43,476 nucleotides of DNA from Chara braunii (lineage: Eukaryota > Plantae > Charophyceae), in assembly GCA_003427395.1 (NCBI GenBank), contig BFEA01000032.1:586328-629803 (forward strand), in the 5' to 3' direction. The position numbers were made by a program, and so were the translations under genes. The notes beneath the pieces were generated by a model. That model was not told where the DNA came from. It ran no database searches and saw nothing but the letters and a program-made list of their open reading frames with translations. Shown here piece by piece: positions 12,703 through 25,288 of this stretch (the first letter of the stretch is position 1; each line of letters begins with the position of its first letter).

Positions 12703-13863
12703 TCAGTATGTTAAGAACATACTCCCCGTGCTACCACCTTCAAACACAATCTCAGTTAGTGTTTGTACAAGGTTTCGGTCGATCTCAGAGTGGGTTGAAA
12801 CGAATTCCAAAGCCTGTGAAACATCGGGAAGAGCTAAGGAAAACTCCCTCGGGTTGTCCCCATCGTCCTCCCCATATGACTCTTGTTCTCTCACCAATTG
12901 TTCTGCTTCCTCGAAGCTAAAGGATTCTGGATTCAACCTGTTCCTCGAATTCTTAGGCCCGGTGTTCAAGCACTTGATCACCTCGAAGTGTCCACACACT
13001 GGATCGCACAGTATTATGAAAATTGTCTCATCATGCTTATTGATGATGATGGACTCCGATCGGCATAAGAATGATCGTCCCAACATCACCCCATGCTCAA
13101 CCAGTGGCAACACGTAAAAATAAGACCGTACCTTTACCTTGCCGACCTGTACACTAACATTACTGGCAGTTCCACAGAAGGGCGTTGACCCTCCGGCGCA
13201 AACCAGAAATCCATTATCAGTGCGATCAAAATCAATCCCTAATTCTAGCGCCTCTTTTTCCCTTAGTATGTTCATCTCTGCTCCGGTGTCAACGAGCGCA
13301 AGATGTTGTGAAACACCTATCTTGACCATTACGTGTCCAGTCGCTATACACCTCCAATCCATCTTTGCTCCCGCAGGAGTCCAATTGGCCTCAGGTGGGA
13401 TTACCTTCCCTAGTTTAACCGTCATCACTTTTCGTCGAGTTGGTCTTTGCTTAAGCTCTTCCCAAATCTTTGGCGAGACTGCCAAAAATTCCTTGAGTGT
13501 TACCAAATCTCGATGACTCTTAAGTATCTTATCCACCATCTTCTCAATGTCGATCCCTTCCTCAATCGGAATCGTGTACCGGTTCTTCTTCTTCTGGTAC
13601 TCTTCCTCTTCTCCCTCATCCTTTTCCTTATCTTGATTCTCATCTAGACCTCGTTTCTGGGCGTGTAACCTTGCCTGACGCTCGTCCTCTACCCTTAATT
13701 TCTCATCTTCCGTGTCCAAGTCTTCTTCCACGATTACTACCGGCACCTCTTGTTGCGTCTTCGCACTGACAACGGGTGCGACTCGAGGTTGGATCCCCTT
13801 CTTAATCTTTTGTGCTTGAAGGACCACTGGTGACGTTCCTCTTCTGAGAACGGGCCTGTTCAA
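12703..13863 (-). pseudogene. Retroviral-type aspartic protease region
   Basis: LALVDTGAEMNIL active-site motif and VMLGRSFL. Confidence 0.9.
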
Positions 13864-15467
13864 GACGGAACGCGTACCCGCAGAGGCCGTCTGAAGGTGG
13901 GACGATGACGGTTTCTCCGTACGTAATGCTGACAGAGCGCCGCCAAAAGAGCCATGCCCCTTCTCCCATCGTGTCCACTAAGCAGAAACATATTCGGCAC
14001 GCCAGGCCAAACTCTTTCCATGTCGAGACCCAGTCTCATAACTTGGCTTCCAAATTCCTCTAAACCGCTTCTCGAGCTTGAGGCTTCTCGCACATCCCTT
14101 TCCTTTTCGGTCTTGCCCTTACTAACATCAAGCTTACTAACAATTGTATGGCGTGCAGCCTCTCTAGACTCAAGAATCTTCATTTCCTCTTTCGAGGTCA
14201 ACCGGTAAGTGCAGGGCATGGTCCGGTTCATGCGCCGAAACGCTTCCTTCCTCATTCCTCCTTCTATGTATGAATCGATAAAGTTCCCTTCGAAATCGAA
14301 CACCTCGCCTCGAATGTTCGTGTACACAATCCGATCCTCCTCATCTTTAGCGAGGGTCTGACAATATCGGACACCGTGCCCTCCTTGTGCGCAGTAGTTA
14401 CAATTTCAATCCTTATTACCGTAACCGCGACCATCTGAAACTCCCCGACCACGTCCCCGACCTCCTCCGCCTTGCGGCCGAAATTGTCGGGGCTCGGTAT
14501 CTTGAAATTGTCTTTGATGCTGATTGATAGTATCACAATTATCATTCCCATGACCACTCTTATTCTTGGATTGCTTTCCATTCGTACCTTACCCTCCCCG
14601 TGTTTGATTCATGGCCTTTCGTTCGGCCTTCGTCGCTTTCCAAGGAGATTCTTCTTCTTCTTACTTTTCACTATCTTCCTCGTCGGACTCTTCTTCCCTT
14701 TCTTTTCCTTTTCTCTTGCCGTCTTGTTGCCTCACCGTCAGTACCTTGCCACACAATCCCTCCTTCCTCATTTCTTTCATCATCATCCTAACATCCATAA
14801 TCGCACTGAACATCTTCTTATCCTTATCACAACTCACTAACTCATCCTCCTGCATTTTCCTTTGATTGCGCAGGAGGTGATAGAGCATTTGGTCGAAGTC
14901 ACCGACCTTAAGATTCTCCTTAATCTTATCCCAGTCGTACCTGGTAGTAAAACCCTTCATCAATTCTCTTTGCTCGACATCCGTGAAGTTGGTCAGAAAG
15001 ATAATGCATTTCATTTTATCGGGAAGATCGGGAACCCTCTTAGCTACCTTCTCAAATCTTTTTAGGAACCCTTCGATCGTCCCAAATTTCTCCCTACTTA
15101 CTTTACGAAGGTTAGAGACGTCCAACAATCCGTCTCCTAGCTGGTATTTTTCCAACATTCGTTCACGGAACGTTTTCCAGATTCGTGTCCTACACGCCAT
15201 CTCGCCGACTTCTTCTGCAAGATCAACGTGCACATAGCATTTTACTACTTCCAACATCTTTCATTTAGTCCATTGACGCACATGAGCATTTAACTCATAT
15301 TTTTCTAGCTAGTCTGTAACATTCTCCTGATGGAACAGAGGAACCTTGATTTTTGGAAACTTCTCATGTGACGTGGTGGTTTGCCGGATAAGCCTCGCGA
15401 ATTCCTGAATGTCATTGCGCCTCTCGTCGCCCAGACTATCGTTCTCATCGAGATTGGGGCTCCCCAT
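13860..15467 (-). pseudogene. gag: Gag (capsid plus CCHC nucleocapsid), disrupted
   Basis: ORFs 15309..15500 and 14661..15257 are in one frame separated by stops. CNYCAQGGHGVRYC zinc knuckle at 14361-14402. Homologous to 37864..38583 (LGDGLL, CIIFL/CVIFL). Confidence 0.85.
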
Positions 15468-15768
15468 CTTGAGTGAAGTGTCAGGAGAAACAACGATCAC
15501 AATCAGATACGCGAGTCATGAAAGATTTGTATCAAACTCATTGCATTATGCGGTTTCTGACCGATCGGGATGACCCATCCGTGTTAAGTCATTATTATCT
15601 CACACTCTCTCAGTCGTACTAGGGTCATTGTCACGATAATGCCACTTGTCCTTATGAGAGGAAACCAAATCACAACCGGACCGCTTAGTTAAATAATAAT
15701 ACAAGGTAATTATTCGGGATTACCTTACCCGAGTGTCGTTCCACCAGGGACAACGGTAGATAGCCGTC

Positions 15769-15787
15769 ATCCTCGGCAACGGCGCCA
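15769..15787 (-). promoter_or_regulatory. Primer binding site, tRNA-Asp
   Basis: TGGCGCCGTTGCCGAGGAT 2 nt after the LTR end CGACA; one mismatch to the Athila-type plant tRNA-Asp PBS TGGCGCCGTTGCCGGGGAT. Confidence 0.9.
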
Positions 15788-18320
15788 CCTGTCGGACGCA
15801 ACGGCCCCCCTTCGCATCGTAGCGCATAAAGGGGGACCTCCCGACCGCATCACTCAGGAGTTTGATATCTTTATTTTTAGAGTCGGAATGCTTTCCCCAA
15901 AATTCATCGAGGTGAACAACGGGGTTTTGCCGCTCTAGCCGGGTGCATCAGTCGTACTTCTCGCATTTACCTACGACAGGTCAGGGTCCCGCGAGACACA
16001 ACTCGTCTTCTCTGAGGAGTTGTAACCATCCTCAGATGCGTATCCCTACCGAACTGCTGATCTACATACGAAAGTTTTTACATGCAATCGCAGAGGTAAA
16101 CTAGCCAGGGGCGTTTTGCTCGTTTCGCCATAGTACAGGCAATTCTTATAGGTGAATATAGAGCCGCTTTCCGGAAGATAGTATCATCGCAGCAGCAAAC
16201 ACACATGTGGGTTACATGAGACATTCAGACGTTACAATTAAACACGTGAACGTAAACAACTACGACACAAACAGATGTTGCTAACAACCATGCGAGAGTG
16301 GTAACCAGGTTACACGTAGATGTCGCATTAAAACACATGAGCGTTACAACCAAGCATTTTTGAAGTCGTTACCAAAAACACATACATGACGGCCAAAGCA
16401 CATAGAGGATGCAAACGAAGACATACAAATGCATCCTGCATATACCGAATCATCCCAAAGGCGGAAATATGACGACAGAGAACACGCCTTTGTTTTCACT
16501 ATCTCATAAAGTTGAAAGGAAAGTTTCCAAGAGCGTTCCACAATTGATGTATGTGAAAACTGACAAGAGGATCGCCTCCTCGATACCGTCGACAGTCACA
16601 ACTTGCAGAGACAAGAACTTACTGAATCAAATTTGCAAAGACAACTCCACATCGTAGCGATATGCCCAAGGCACTGTCTATTATTTTTCCTGTGACTCCC
16701 TGTTATCCAACCCACTCGCATCCCTCCTAGTACAGGGGCTATCGCCTAACTGCGAGCGACCACCAATCTTAAATATATACAGAAGAAAATAACAATTTTT
16801 ATGTGCCGCGTTCACCCTTCATCATGACACCAGCGAATTCATCGAGAGAAAAATGATAATCATAGGGGTAGGCTGGCCATGTTTTCTTGGTCGGCACAAC
16901 TGAGTCTTATCATGTTTTAGCCCTCTCGAGGGCGAAGCCCGATGATCCGATCGTAGGAGTCTAACTCGCTACCCTCCGCTGGACGGTCCACTCTAGGGGA
17001 ACCTATAGAGGGTGGACGACTCCTAGTGGCCGTAAATCGTGTGAGTCGCCCGAGCGCGTCTGTCTAGCCGGGTATGTCGCCGGATGAACGCCTCGTTAAT
17101 CGCCATCCTCCGCACTCATCCTTGCCATCATAGTCGTAGGTCGCCCGTGCTGTAGAGTTCCACCATTCGTCGCGCCAATGTCAACAGGACGGACCAGAAA
17201 GGTTCACCGAGGCGCTTAAGGTGTCGGGCGGAAGTGTCTCGAAGCCAAAGGAACACCAGTCGCGCTCCGGATTGTCTGAAGAGTACTCCAGCGGTGACTC
17301 GAGAGACAAGCTCCATGTTCGAGACACGATGGAAATACAATGTATGCCCCTGCAACTCGTTCGGACGTCAAATCACGTTCGGTCGAATCTCCGGTCGCTC
17401 TTCCGGAAGAAACCCACGTCCGTCGTTGACGACTCCGACAAAGTCGAGCCATCGAGTCGGAGTCGCATCGAACACCATTGACATCCTCTCCGCCTAGGCG
17501 TTGCGGTCTGCATCGTTCGTATCTCGAACCAAGAGATACCAGGGGATCGTCAGGTCGTGCTGAGCTCCAATGATCCCGCATCACAAGGACCCATCATCAG
17601 ATATGAAAGAGTTTTAGCAAATTCTCCTCCTGCCGCTGGAGAGCCTCATCGTCACATCTCTCCGCGACACGGAATCCGACCTCATACGGTCCCACGCGAT
17701 CGTAATGCTCGATGTATATGAATGACCCCTGCCGAGCGTGGTGGTTCCTCATAATGCGCAGGGACAACCACATGATCTCGTCCTCGAACTTGCGGTGGAT
17801 AGACTTGTTCACGACGTCGTAGACGACCCCGACGTCGAATCAATGCGTCTCCCTAAGGGGGCAGACGCCAACGCTTAGCACCAACTTCATGGCCGTTGTC
17901 ACAAATGCATAAATCCGTGGCGGGTCCTCAAGGGTCCCTTGGTCCGTCCCTGAGCTCCACCTCGGTCGGAAAGACGTCCGCGGGATGGAAGACCATGCGG
18001 CCGACTCTCGCCCATCCTTGCCTAAATCCTCCCACGGCTACAGCAGACGCCCTTGCCTCCATCTTGCTTGGAAACAGCATGGTGGTGGCGACTGTCGCGA
18101 CCCTTCGTCGGGAACTGCTCCAGGCGGCACCGCTTGCGGCGCCTGTGTTGTCTGCTACCCGCGCCCCCATTTCTCCGGCTGGCCGCCTCACTCCCTTTGC
18201 CAATATTCGGTACGATAGGCGATGCAGGCCACGACGAACCAACTTCCGTCGTCCTCTTAGAAAAGGAATCGGCGACACAAAAACCTTGTAGTGAAGTGAA
18301 GTATACGAGAAGCTGGGCTA

Positions 18321-18339
18321 CTTATATAGAATGACGTCA
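18321..18339 (-). promoter_or_regulatory. Candidate LTR TATA box with adjacent TGACGTCA
   Basis: Minus strand TGACGTCATTCTATATAAG followed by a pyrimidine-rich Inr-like stretch. Confidence 0.4.
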
Positions 18340-19074
18340 AGCGTGTGCACGCTAAATGTAGGGTGATTCCTATCGCTACTTAGTCCCACAAGGCCCAGGG
18401 GGATTGGAAGCTACCCATCCTTCCGTGGTACTCCTCAAGCCAGACGAGGCTGCTAGGTGCACGCTCATCGGAGGTATTTCCTATGCGCCGGATAGTTCAG
18501 AAAAGAAGGCAAAAGAGTAAAATAGTGGAGCCTTGTCGACCCGTTTCGCCGTGTCCTAGAATTTTTGTCGCGAGTAATAGGTGAGGGTCGCTTCATAGTA
18601 ATGTAATGGACGACCCACATCGTTGAATTCCTAATGCGGAGATCTCCTAACTGGACAAAGGAAGACAAAATCAATAACAAGATCCCTCCCTCGTGAGCCT
18701 CAATCGACCAAGGATCTTATGAACCGAAACAAAAAAAAACATTCGAGTTTTTCATAGGCGGAGCGTCTCATCCGCAAGACCCCAGTCCTCGTTGGACATA
18801 CAAAGTTTTTGCTCACATGCCTGCTACAAAAGTACAAAGCCAAGACATATTCCAAGGGTAGGCAGGAACACTCGGGGTCAGACAACACTTCCCTTTTCAC
18901 GTTTGAGCACACACAAACCAGCCTTTCTTTCTTTCAACTAAATATTCAAGGAAATAGAAATGGGGCAAGCAAAAGTGTGGTTTCACGTGGGGAGTGATGG
19001 GTCTGAGTCATTAACTGACCTTGAGTGAAGTGTCGCTGATGCCGACCGGCTCACCCAAAAAAGCCAAGTTGAAA

Positions 19075-19544
19075 NNNNNNNNNNNNNNNNNNNNNNNNNN
19101 NNNNNNNNNNNNNNNNNNNNNNNNNNNNNNNNNNNNNNNNNNNNNNNNNNNNNNNNNNNNNNNNNNNNNNNNNNNNNNNNNNNNNNNNNNNNNNNNNNNN
19201 NNNNNNNNNNNNNNNNNNNNNNNNNNNNNNNNNNNNNNNNNNNNNNNNNNNNNNNNNNNNNNNNNNNNNNNNNNNNNNNNNNNNNNNNNNNNNNNNNNNN
19301 NNNNNNNNNNNNNNNNNNNNNNNNNNNNNNNNNNNNNNNNNNNNNNNNNNNNNNNNNNNNNNNNNNNNNNNNNNNNNNNNNNNNNNNNNNNNNNNNNNNN
19401 NNNNNNNNNNNNNNNNNNNNNNNNNNNNNNNNNNNNNNNNNNNNNNNNNNNNNNNNNNNNNNNNNNNNNNNNNNNNNNNNNNNNNNNNNNNNNNNNNNNN
19501 NNNNNNNNNNNNNNNNNNNNNNNNNNNNNNNNNNNNNNNNNNNN
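19075..19544. other. Assembly gap
   Basis: Run of N. Confidence 1.
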
Positions 19545-20468
19545 ACGAGTGATGAGTGGCACCTTCGGCTCCAAATTGGTTCCGCCGGGCCCAATGTAAT
19601 GTCGGTTGTAGACGCCCTTCAAAATAAATCCCTTGGCGTCGAGATATCAAAAGTCAAATCTATAAGACCGTCGATGCGGCGCAACCCCAAATAGTCCCAA
19701 TGGTGCCAAGGACCGGTACCAAGGATTCCACCACGCTAAACATCAAAGACTTGCGTCGCTCTCGCTAAAAAAAAATCCCTTGCGTCATACCGCCACAAGT
19801 TTGCACCGGTGTTCGCCTTGAGCATGTGCCGCACTCGGCACCTCCCTTGGACCGCAACAACACACTTGGATCGCCACACAAAAATTACTTGGTGCCACCG
19901 CCATGAACCACTAACAAGCGGTTAAGCGGTACCGTCGCCTCGTCGCACCGCAATCCGGGACCCTTGCTTCCAAAAATAAAAGGCACCGCCTTGGTGTCAA
20001 AAACCAGGCCCAACGACGGTCCCACGATACTCTCACAAAATTATCTCGACACCCACGTACGACAAGGCTGGTAACGCTCCTTCGCATGCGGACGTAGCTT
20101 TGCCGCTTGATTATTCCGATAGCATGCACCCTTACGTCGGCCACGCCCAAGCTCAAAATAATAAAACCCGGCCCCCGGCCAAAGCTAAGTCCAAAATGTC
20201 ACTCCCTTGAGTCTTGGAGGTGAGCTCCCGCTCTAATGGAGTGGTCCTTAGCACATGTGCCGTAGGTCCGGTACCAACTCAAGGTGTTGGCAAGGTGCCT
20301 CCACCTTGTGGCTATGGTGGCTCCTCCTCCTCCTCTTGGCTCCAGCAGCTCCTCTAGTAGGCTCCGAGCAGCACTCCCAAAACACTCCCGCAACTCACAA
20401 ATGCCTTAGAGTGTGCGACCACTACCACAACACGTGCTCCTTGTGTGGCAATTGCAGGGCATTGCCTG

Positions 20469-20572
20469 TTTTTATAGTCGAGTTTGAGAGTGTGCCTCGA
20501 CACTCTAGCCCTTAGACAATAATTCGAGGTGGAGAGTGTGCCTCGACACTCTAGCCCTAGGCAATAATTCGA
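20469..20572 (-). promoter_or_regulatory. Second candidate TATA box with an upstream 46-bp tandem duplication
   Basis: CTATAAAAA on minus at 20469-20477; two copies of GAGAGTGTGCCTCGACACTCTAGCCCT at 20486 and 20532. Confidence 0.4.
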
Positions 20573-23157
20573 GATGGCCCTAGGCCTTCGATTTTTGTGA
20601 GATCGACGGTGTGACGTCGTCGCACCGCAGTCGCACGCTTAGTGCAACTGACTTTGACTATTCCCCTTTCTCTCGTTTTTATCTATTCAGGGTTAGTTCA
20701 ATTAGTCATCTCGTACGTCTCACGAGATGGCTGACACTGTCTCATTTCTGAATCTGACCATTATTCCAGGAGTTATGAATTCCTAAAGTTTGACGTACCT
20801 GGCTATTCTTCCCAGTGTCGGTACGTCAGGGAAAGGCTGGACTTAGTTCCCTATGCGTCCTAAGCCCTTCTTTCCCTTTGATGGGTTCCCCGCCACGAGA
20901 TCCTTTGATCTCAATGGTGGGAAGCCCCTTATGATGCCTCCTTTCCTACTCCCATGTGCTGCTGTCCTTTTCTCGGCATTCAACCCTACCCCAGGATCAG
21001 AAAGATCCAACCTGGGGGTGTTGAGTTTGCAGGGTGGTCATAATGGCTCAGCTGAGGCCAAAGGAGGGGCCATAATGGCTGTTACTTCTTCCACCGCAGC
21101 CACGGCCTTTTCGTGATGCTAAATCAGGTGCCCAAGGTCGAACTCGGGTGTAGCATGGGGGTGGGCACCCGTTTTTCCTTCAGGCGCAAGGCTACCTAAT
21201 GTGTAAAAAGGGAGTGAATCTTCTGCTAGAACATAGGGAGATACCCTCCCACTGATATGGGCGGCTGTAGAGAAACGTTACTAACAAAAAAAAGAAAGAA
21301 AACAACAAAAAAACAATAAAATAAAATAAAGAAACAAAACAACAGAAATCCGTTAGAAACGGATCCAGTTTGTCGCCTTGCGGTCCCCCCCCCCACGCCA
21401 TCTGGCATCTCATAGTTTGTCTGTTTCTTTTGTTTTTCTTTCTGTCCTTTTTAATTTTATTTTATTTCGTCCGTTTTTCTTTTTAACGCGTTTTCTCATT
21501 TTTCTTTCCCCGTAGCCCACGGTTCGATTCCTGATTACGTAGGCGCGCCGGGAGAAAATTTGAATCGTTTTTATTTTCTCGTTTCCTTTTTCGTCCCCCC
21601 CCGTTTCCCTCTAATCGCGCCTCTCCATTCTCGCTGCCCACAGTTCGAGTCTCGCTGCGTCAGAGGAGGGTTTTAGAAGTTGTTTTGTTTTTGGCGGCGG
21701 ACTCCGTTTCGTGCGATTTCCCAGGCGGCGTGGCGGATGCCGCCCTGTGCCTTAATCGAGTCGGGCGCCTTCGGCCTTCCTATTGCCCGCTAAAACATGG
21801 CGTGCGTGGGCTCGATCCGAGTATCTGGTGGTTATCGGACCACCCGCAGACCCATTGGACTAACTCTTTTCCTGGTGTAAGGAGGAGCATCGTAGGTACT
21901 TGAGTTGGCAGGCGTGGTGTCTTATCGGTACTTCCGAGGTGACTTCCCTTCATATTCAGTGGCCCTGCTCGAAAAGGGAGCTAGCCGGCGGGCGGATTTC
22001 CGGCCGCGCGATTTTCCCAGATCGCGTGGTTCTCGGAGAGGTGTTCTTCTGCTTCACGAAAAGGAGCTAGTCCGCCGGTTGGTGGTGCGAGGGCTCGATC
22101 CCTGTGTCTGGTACTCAATAGTCCGCCACCTAAACCGACTGGGCTAGCCCTTACTTATGTATAGGTAGGGCACCACTTCTATGTGAGTGGCGGCGCCAGG
22201 CGCATTTCCGCTTTTCGAAAATGGAGCCAGCCTGGTTGGAGTCGTGCGGGCTTGATCCCTGCATCTGGTATTTAGTAGCCCGCCACCCAAACCGACTGGG
22301 CTGGCCTTTACCACTGTAGCGGAACCCTTAGTTTTCCCCGTTATCACGCCGCCTTCAGACCATTGTTCAGCGCGACCGTCTTCAACTGTCGAGCTCTGAA
22401 TCGCGTGACCGAGCTCTTTAGGTTATCGCGCATTGTCCTAGCGGTAGGAACGTCGGGGAATGATTGGTCCCGACGTGCCTATCTTTGCGGCTCCTTCTCA
22501 TATCACTTGAACACCCATTCTGCCTTAGTTAAATAGCATGGCGCGCACACAGACGACGTAGGAGCGGGGTTGAGTCCTATAGGGGTTGCGGTAGGGTAGG
22601 TTCTTTTCCGATAGTCTTTTCGGATAGGCCTTTAATTCGAGTGCCTCCTTCTTAGACTTCCCCCCTTTCTCCTTTGTCGCAGTCGTGCTTCAGGTATTTC
22701 TTACGTTGGTCCTTTCTTCCGATGGACCCTGAATTGCGCGGCCGATGGGCCACGCCGTGACCTTTTGTTCAGGTCGTAGTGCGTCGTCCTGATGGAGGGG
22801 GCGAGGGGGAATGGTAGCCCCCCGTCGTCGCGGCTTCCTTCCTTTAGTAGTTTCCGCCGCGGTATGCCTTGGTAGCGTCAACTGCCCTTCCTATAGCCAC
22901 TTGGGTGCCCAACCCTAGAGTCTAAATAACAGATTTGGAAGAGACAGACGCGGGGTCAATACCCGACAAGAAAAGAAATGTAAATATGTATAGGGGGTAG
23001 GGATACCCATGAAATCTTTTGCCGCGCCGCGGCAGATTATCTTTACTTTGTCTTTTACTTGCTTACCAACACCCTGTCATCTTACGGATAGAACGGCGCC
23101 TTCCGGCGAGCCGTCAAAACGCCGGCGGATACCCTTGTAAGGGTTTCTGCCCCGACA

Positions 23158-23872
23158 CCGTAATTTCTTCTCCTCGCTAGCGGTCAACGCAAGATTGGCG
23201 ATCTCCAGGTACGAGATGCCCCTAACCCCTTGCGCACACCTCCTAATCAAGTCCCTGTCCACCTCACCAGCTTGCCCGGAGAACATAGGCTTGATGAATT
23301 CTCCAATGCACGCCCACCACTCGAAGTCTGTGTCCTCTCTCAATTCCCAACACTGGGTGAATAGTTCGTGCCCCCCTTCTTCACCTAATGGAAATTTCTC
23401 TATCACCTGTCCCCTAAATCGGACCCTCCTTACGGTCGCGTCGTCAGCATAGAGCAGTCGGTAGGCCCAGGTCAGGATCTCCCAAGTCCTCCCGTGATCC
23501 GCCCTTAGAACTTCTGACCTTCCTCGGTATTCTACCCTATCGATCAGGCTCTCCCCGGCAGTGCCTCCTCTCAATCTCCTCAACCGGTCCAGGGCCCTTC
23601 TGGCGATGCCTAGGGGGTCCTTTCCTTCTGCCAATTCAGTCGCAAAGATTAGTCGGTCGTCGGGGTACAAAAAAATTAGCCTTTCTAGTGCAGTTGCCAC
23701 CCTCGCATGCCACTAAGAACCTGACCACCGGCTCTTGCCCGTAGATTTCAAAGAACTCGGTAGACACAACTCCTTCCCCTCTAACCTTAGGGAGGGTTAA
23801 TCCATACCTCTCTCCCGTTTTCCAACCCCTTTCCAAGATACCAAAAGGGTCCCCCCTGTCGTATCTAATCAT
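23158..23872 (-). pseudogene. Accessory family Y member, frameshifted near 23700 and truncated by element 1
   Basis: LIFLYPDDRLIFATELAEGKDPLGIARRALDRL aligns with QIFLSKEGYIEIACSLLAEKDPLWDSRAMRDRL of 24536..25288. Confidence 0.65.
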
Positions 23873-23879
23873 AGGGGTC

Positions 23880-24356
23880 TCACCTCACGCCGGACAGCCT
23901 TGTGGCGGCCTCTACCAGCGACTCCTCGCACTTAGTGCGACCGGTCTCTCTGTCCTCTCGCAGAGTTTGGCGCAAAGCCTTTTCGTACTCCCCCGTCCTA
24001 TCCCAAAATCGGGTCTCCACAAGGTGCGTCCTAGATGTCAGCGGGGTTCCTAGATACCTAGAGTCTTCTTCGAACCTTCTCTCTACTTCCAGCAAAGGTT
24101 CCCTCCAATTCCTAGAGGACCTCACTCCACCCGCGTCTCTAATGTGGATCGAAAAGCTAGCTTGCGTGGTCCAGCTCCTCCTTTTCCACAACGTCAGCCG
24201 CCGGACCTCCACTATAAATTCCTTGTCGGCACGGATCACCTGATCCTCTCCCAACTCGGGGATAAGCTCCGCACTTCCCTCGACCCTAACTTCTCTACCG
24301 TCCTCGTAGGTCTCCAACTCCCAACGAATTCTATTGGAGACGAACGAAGCTCTCAT
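23880..24356 (-). CDS. Unknown accessory ORF, 158 aa, possibly a partial family Y member
   Basis: ATG 4 nt after the upstream stop; VIRADKEFIVEVRRLTLWK resembles VIREGAYAWVRARRLTWK. Confidence 0.55.
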   Translation of the reverse strand: MRASFVSNRIRWELETYEDGREVRVEGSAELIPELGEDQVIRADKEFIVEVRRLTLWKRRSWTTQASFSIHIRDAGGVRSSRNWREPLLEVERRFEEDSRYLGTPLTSRTHLVETRFWDRTGEYEKALRQTLREDRETGRTKCEESLVEAATRLSGVR

Positions 24357-24360
24357 CCCC

Positions 24361-24549
24361 TCACCGCGCGAGAAGATCTATCGTTACTTCATCGAGGATA
24401 GTGATTGCCGCTGTCTCAAGTAGCTTGATCCTAGCTAAGGACACAGGCCTAGCCCTCCTTTCTTCCTCCCAGCATAGCGCGAGGATCCGGTGAACTTCTT
24501 CTTTTACCCTTTCTAACCCCTCTAGTCCGTCCAGGTCAAGCCCGCTCAT
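24361..24549 (-). CDS. Small helical accessory ORF, 62 aa
   Basis: ATG overlaps the end of the upstream ORF by 14 nt and the ORF exactly fills the gap between neighbours. Confidence 0.5.
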   Translation of the reverse strand: MSGLDLDGLEGLERVKEEVHRILALCWEEERRARPVSLARIKLLETAAITILDEVTIDLLAR

Positions 24550-25288
24550 CCTCTAGCTTCCGTCGGTGACAGGCAATCACGACTCGAATGAGGGTCGAGG
24601 GGTCTATCCCCTCTAATTCCCCTTCGCAGAGCTTCCCTAAGTAGCTCCACGATATCTTAGACTCCCTGGCGTGCCGGCCCCACCCTTCAAAGGCGTACGT
24701 CGGGTCCTCTAGAGTCGACCAATCGTCTCTATAAGGATCCCGAAAACACCATGTTAGCAAGGTGTGTAGGTCCGACCCTGTGAACCGAAACTGGCCTAGA
24801 ATCGACACCCTCCTTCCTATTGCCCTTATGACGTCTTCGGAGGGGTAGATTCGTTTGAGGATGAAACAAGGAACCCCCACTGGCTCACTGGAGGTGAATA
24901 GTGAGATCGCCTCCCACCCTTCGTAGGTCACTCGGTACTCTACTAGCCCTTCTTCGAGAGGCCTTACGTCCCTTACGAGTTCCTCTAGACGGTCCCTCAT
25001 GGCTCGTGAGTCCCAGAGAGGGTCTTTCTCCGCTAGCAGGCTGCATGCTATCTCTATATACCCTTCCTTTGAGAGGAATATTTGGGCCTCGCTGATCACT
25101 ATTCCTCCCTCACTACTTACCGAGAATCGTATGAACGCCTTCCCACGTCGGATCCCTCCTTCTTCCTTTAAGAGGATTATTGCCTGCCCTTCCAACCTGG
25201 CTCTTGATAGGGTAACTTGGACCACTTCCTCGGTGCCTCCTACGGGTGCTATCGAGGCCCAGAGAGATCCTGGGACCCTCCTTATCAT
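24536..25288 (-). CDS. Accessory family Y protein, 250 aa, unknown function
   Basis: Intact ORF; ATGA start/stop overlap with the upstream gene; GGIRRG..QIFL..VPCFIL motifs shared with paralogs. Confidence 0.7.
   Translation of the reverse strand: MIRRVPGSLWASIAPVGGTEEVVQVTLSRARLEGQAIILLKEEGGIRRGKAFIRFSVSSEGGIVISEAQIFLSKEGYIEIACSLLAEKDPLWDSRAMRDRLEELVRDVRPLEEGLVEYRVTYEGWEAISLFTSSEPVGVPCFILKRIYPSEDVIRAIGRRVSILGQFRFTGSDLHTLLTWCFRDPYRDDWSTLEDPTYAFEGWGRHARESKISWSYLGKLCEGELEGIDPSTLIRVVIACHRRKLEDERA

Larger units (their letters stand above)
4030..23157 (-). mobile_element. Element 1: decayed Ty3/Gypsy LTR retrotransposon with very long LTRs
   Basis: gag-PR-RT-RH-IN domain order; PBS at 15769-15787; direct repeats 4030-6729 and 20718-23157 both end in CGACA. 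Continuity of the right LTR across the N gap is inferred. Confidence 0.8.
15790..23157 (-). repeat. 5' LTR of element 1 (~7.4 kb including N gap; may be composite)
   Basis: Starts TGTCG next to the PBS and ends CGACA; the right 2.4 kb matches the 3' LTR. Confidence 0.6.

Noticed and set aside
9542-15237. Plus-strand ORFs over gag-pol and over the cassette
   Set aside because: Antisense shadows of minus-strand coding frames.
15769-15787. tRNA-Asp gene fragments at three sites
   Set aside because: Only the 3' ~19 nt including CCA, adjacent to LTR ends, so these are PBSs.
18983-19650. Long ORFs containing X runs (also 31658-32439)
   Set aside because: Artefacts of N gaps and CT repeats.
23077-23157. 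ORF 23077..23700 extending into an LTR like nef
   Set aside because: The LTR belongs to element 1, which appears inserted here; the last ~26 codons are most simply chance read-through.
20718-23157. This repeat as the 3' LTR of element 2
   Set aside because: No match to the LTR next to the element 2 PBS (29787 onward); it matches the copy flanking element 1.
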